This document shows, piece after piece, positions 60,940-64,000 of a stretch of 64,000 bases of DNA. Both the position numbers and the translations under genes were made by a program. The stretch covers positions 184,574,001 through 184,638,000 of the forward strand of contig OZ024740.1 in the NCBI GenBank assembly GCA_964016885.1, given 5' to 3'. Position 1 is the first letter of the stretch. Each line of letters starts with the position of its first letter. The DNA comes from Eledone cirrhosa (Eukaryota). Under the pieces are notes generated by a model, which saw only the letters and a list, made by a program, of their open reading frames with translations, was not told the DNA's origin and made no database searches.

Positions 60940-63480
60940 CATCTATCGGTGTCCACCAAATGGTTGAAATCTTCAAGCAAAAGAGAAACTCAGAGATGGG
61001 AAACAGAAATATTAAGGCAAGAAGAAAGACGATGGAAACTTTCTGAAAGTGAACAGAACTTGAGTAGGGAAACAGAAAGATTAAGGCAAGAGGAAAGACA
61101 ATCGCAACAAACGAAGGCTGAATATGAAAATCACCGAGAGGCAAAGAGTTGTGATGCAAATGAGGTGGGCACAAAGGACTCTTCAAGGCAAAATAAACTG
61201 GCTAAGAGCTACAATTTCCTATGATCCATCGAGAAATTATAGAAATGATTAGAAATTATAGAAATGATTATAGTGGTGATTAGTAGCATGGATATTATAT
61301 GCAGTAGTTGTGGAGTGAGAAAATGGAAAGGAGAAACACTTAGTAGAATAGGTCAGATTTCCACTGATAGCAGACCCACCACCTGTTATTCGTATACTGC
61401 TTACAGACCATACTAACGAAGCTAAACACTTCAGGAGCAATGTTATGCGGTATAATGCTGGATTTCAGATGACGTCCTTTGGAGCTGAAAAATACCATAC
61501 TGACTATGGTTATTTCACAACGTTTAAAATCCAAGGACAATGCTACCATTTAATCAGCGGTTTACTCCCTCGAGCTAATGAGGAAACAAAATGCATTCAA
61601 GCTTAATTTTTGGGCAACAATGAACAAGAAGCTACTCAACGATGCAGAAATATTTCTGGTGGTCTTCGGCTACAAGTTATTAGCAGTCTGCAAAATATGC
61701 TTCATGAAAACCATCATTACATAAGAGCATTGAAATTTGCGTTAGAAAAGAAAAAAGGCAAACCCCCATCTATAAAATTACTATTAAACCTGATAAAAAA
61801 ACAGCAAAGGAACACAAAAGACGTTACAACAAAATACTGCAATGTGAAGTGGCTGTACTTATCGTCAATGAACAACACAAATCCAGAGACAACATTGTAC
61901 CAGAGAGATCTGACCAATTACTAAGAATGTCAGAGACACACAGAGCATATGATGCTCTTCGGTATCCTTTGATATTTTGGAGAGGTCAGGATGGATACAA
62001 TTTCGCCTTAAGACAATTAAACCTTAGTACAGGTGAGGAAACTAATAGATTGGTCAGTTGCAAATGTTTTTATTAATTTCAGTTCATAATAAGAGATTGC
62101 TTTAACCATATCCTAAGAATGGGAAGACTTACAAGCCAATTAATGATTCATGTGTATGCCAAGATTGAAGCTAAATGGTTGGCATTCATTAAAACAACCA
62201 AGCTAAACCTAGAGCAGAGCAATACATCCATTTTAGAGACACCATTATAATTGATGGAATGAATTCTTCCAGTGTTGGTCAGCCAGTCATTCTGCCATCT
62301 AGCTTCACAGGCAGCCCACGCTATGTGGCTGAGCGCACACAAGATACCATTGCATATGCAAGAAAATTTGGTTGTCCAGATCGTTTCATTAAATTTGCAT
62401 GCAACCCTACATGGCCAGAAATTCAAAATGAACTGTTTGAACACCAATATGGAAAAGTTTCATAGAATCATTGCCAAAGTTTTTAATGAGAAACAGAAGA
62501 TCTTCACATGATAACCAATTGAATGAAATTAAAACATGCCCAACCGGGAGATATATTTCTAGTAATGAAGCCATATGGAGAATCTTTGGTTTCGACATGC
62601 ACAATAGAAACCCAGTAGGAAGTACACAATAGAAACCCTGTAGGAAGTTTCGTGCCTGTCTGAAATAATGATTTCAGACAGGCACGAAACTTCCTACAGG
62701 GACGAGAGCCTATATTGTAAACGCTTGCCTCAAAGTCTCAACTATATGACAACAAGTTCAGCGATTGCCTTTGAGGACAAACATGAAAGTGCAGTTGTAC
62801 AATGATGCAGAAATTGATACAGAAATTAAAACAGCTAATTACACAGGGTGATGGAAATATGCAACAAAATGAAAATGGAAATATCTGTAATACAACAAAT
62901 GAACTAATTGATCAAGTATTTCCAAATGTTGCCTCAAATTATATCAATCTGTTATGGCTATTTGAGCAAGCAATTTTAGCACCAAAAAATAATATGGTAA
63001 ATCAGATCAACTAATGCCTGCTCGATACGCTCCCAGGGGAGGTTCATACGAAGCTGTTAATTATCCTGCAGAGTTCCTTAATAGTCTGGAACTTCCTGGA
63101 CTTCCTCCACATAAATTAATGCTAAAGATTGGAACACCCACCAACCTTTTGAAAAACCTGGACCCACCACGTCTATGCAATGGCATGCGCTTAACAGTGA
63201 TGAAACATCTCCTAGAGGTCACTATTCTTGGAGGCAATCATCAAAGCAAAAATGCATTTATTCCAAAGATTCCACTTATCCCTTCATCTACCGAGCTGCC
63301 ATTAGAGCCAATTTTGCTATGATCATAAATAAAGCTCAATTTTGCTATGATCATAAATAAGTCTCAGAGTTGTAGGATTGAATCTGAGAGAATCATGTTT
63401 TACCCATGGTCATTATATATTGGTTGTACACGAGTGGGAACATCTAGAAATCTTCATATAGTATGCACAGTAAAACAAAG
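60940..63480 (+). mobile_element. Decayed, internally deleted Helitron (Rep + PIF1 helicase)
   Basis: [126 protein letters not shown]. Confidence 0.92.
62636..62701. repeat. Perfect hairpin (arms about 31 bp) at a Helitron deletion junction
   Basis: CCCTGTAGGAAGTTTCGTGCCTGTCTGAAAT-AATG-ATTTCAGACAGGCACGAAACTTCCTACAGGG. Confidence 0.9.
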
Positions 63481-64000
63481 AATCTGGTGTATCTGGAATT
63501 TCTTTTACTTTTTTTGTCACTCACACACCATGGTCTCACCTCATACTGTAAACCAGACAACGCATCCAATACAGTCGTTTCCTTTTCTACCTGTCTTCTC
63601 TTATCAGGTACCTCATTTAGTACTAAATCAATATAATATGCATATCGAAAGTACTAAATAAATACAATATGCAAATCGAAAAAGATGATCCCTGCTGTAA
63701 GGAATAGCAGCAATCTAATGAATGTTTCATTGGCATGCTGTTCTACGTTCAAGTCCTACTTTGAATCACTCATATGAGACACAATATTACAGACCTATAG
63801 TAATTATGTCACCATTGGACTAAAGTATACTCATGTTCATATCAAAGATTTAAGAAGAAGGATAACCAAGCAACGGAAATATTAGATTAGTGTTTTATAT
63901 GAAAATTATATCGTTGCTAATAGGTATTTCACTATTTGGAAAAGAGTCATGACATAGAAGTGCTAAATGGTGATAGCTTGGCATATATTTTTGTTCCAGC

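Overview
AT-rich, microsatellite-rich animal genomic DNA. The SINE repertoire and repeat landscape resemble an octopus/cephalopod genome (inference). I found no convincing host protein-coding gene; the window is almost entirely mobile elements plus one 200-N assembly gap. Main contents: (1) a 14-kb head-to-tail array of three related but divergent Tx1/L1-clade LINEs (26.6-40.7 kb, minus strand), bounded and separated by (AAT)n tracts; (2) a decayed CRE-like retrotransposon with a restriction-like endonuclease (RLE) and a frameshifted N-terminal PHD finger (54.5-57.5 kb); (3) a Penelope-like element (PLE) with an uninterrupted RT + GIY-YIG frame and a minimal hammerhead ribozyme in its 3' repeat (57.7-60.7 kb); (4) Helitron, mariner, R4/Dong-like, RTE and old PLE remnants, piggyBac-type MITEs, two tRNA-derived SINE families and a tRNA-Glu pseudogene. 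The most striking signal is a set of small non-coding elements carrying type-I minimal hammerhead motifs from at least four unrelated sequence families. They cluster at 45-48.3 kb next to (TA)n tracts. Three are long head-to-head palindromes with a hammerhead on each strand, one of which derives from the 3' end of the PLE family seen at 57.7 kb. Another is a partial-tandem retrozyme-like unit also found at 2.2-3.3 kb. All structures were read by eye, so coordinates may be off by a few bases.
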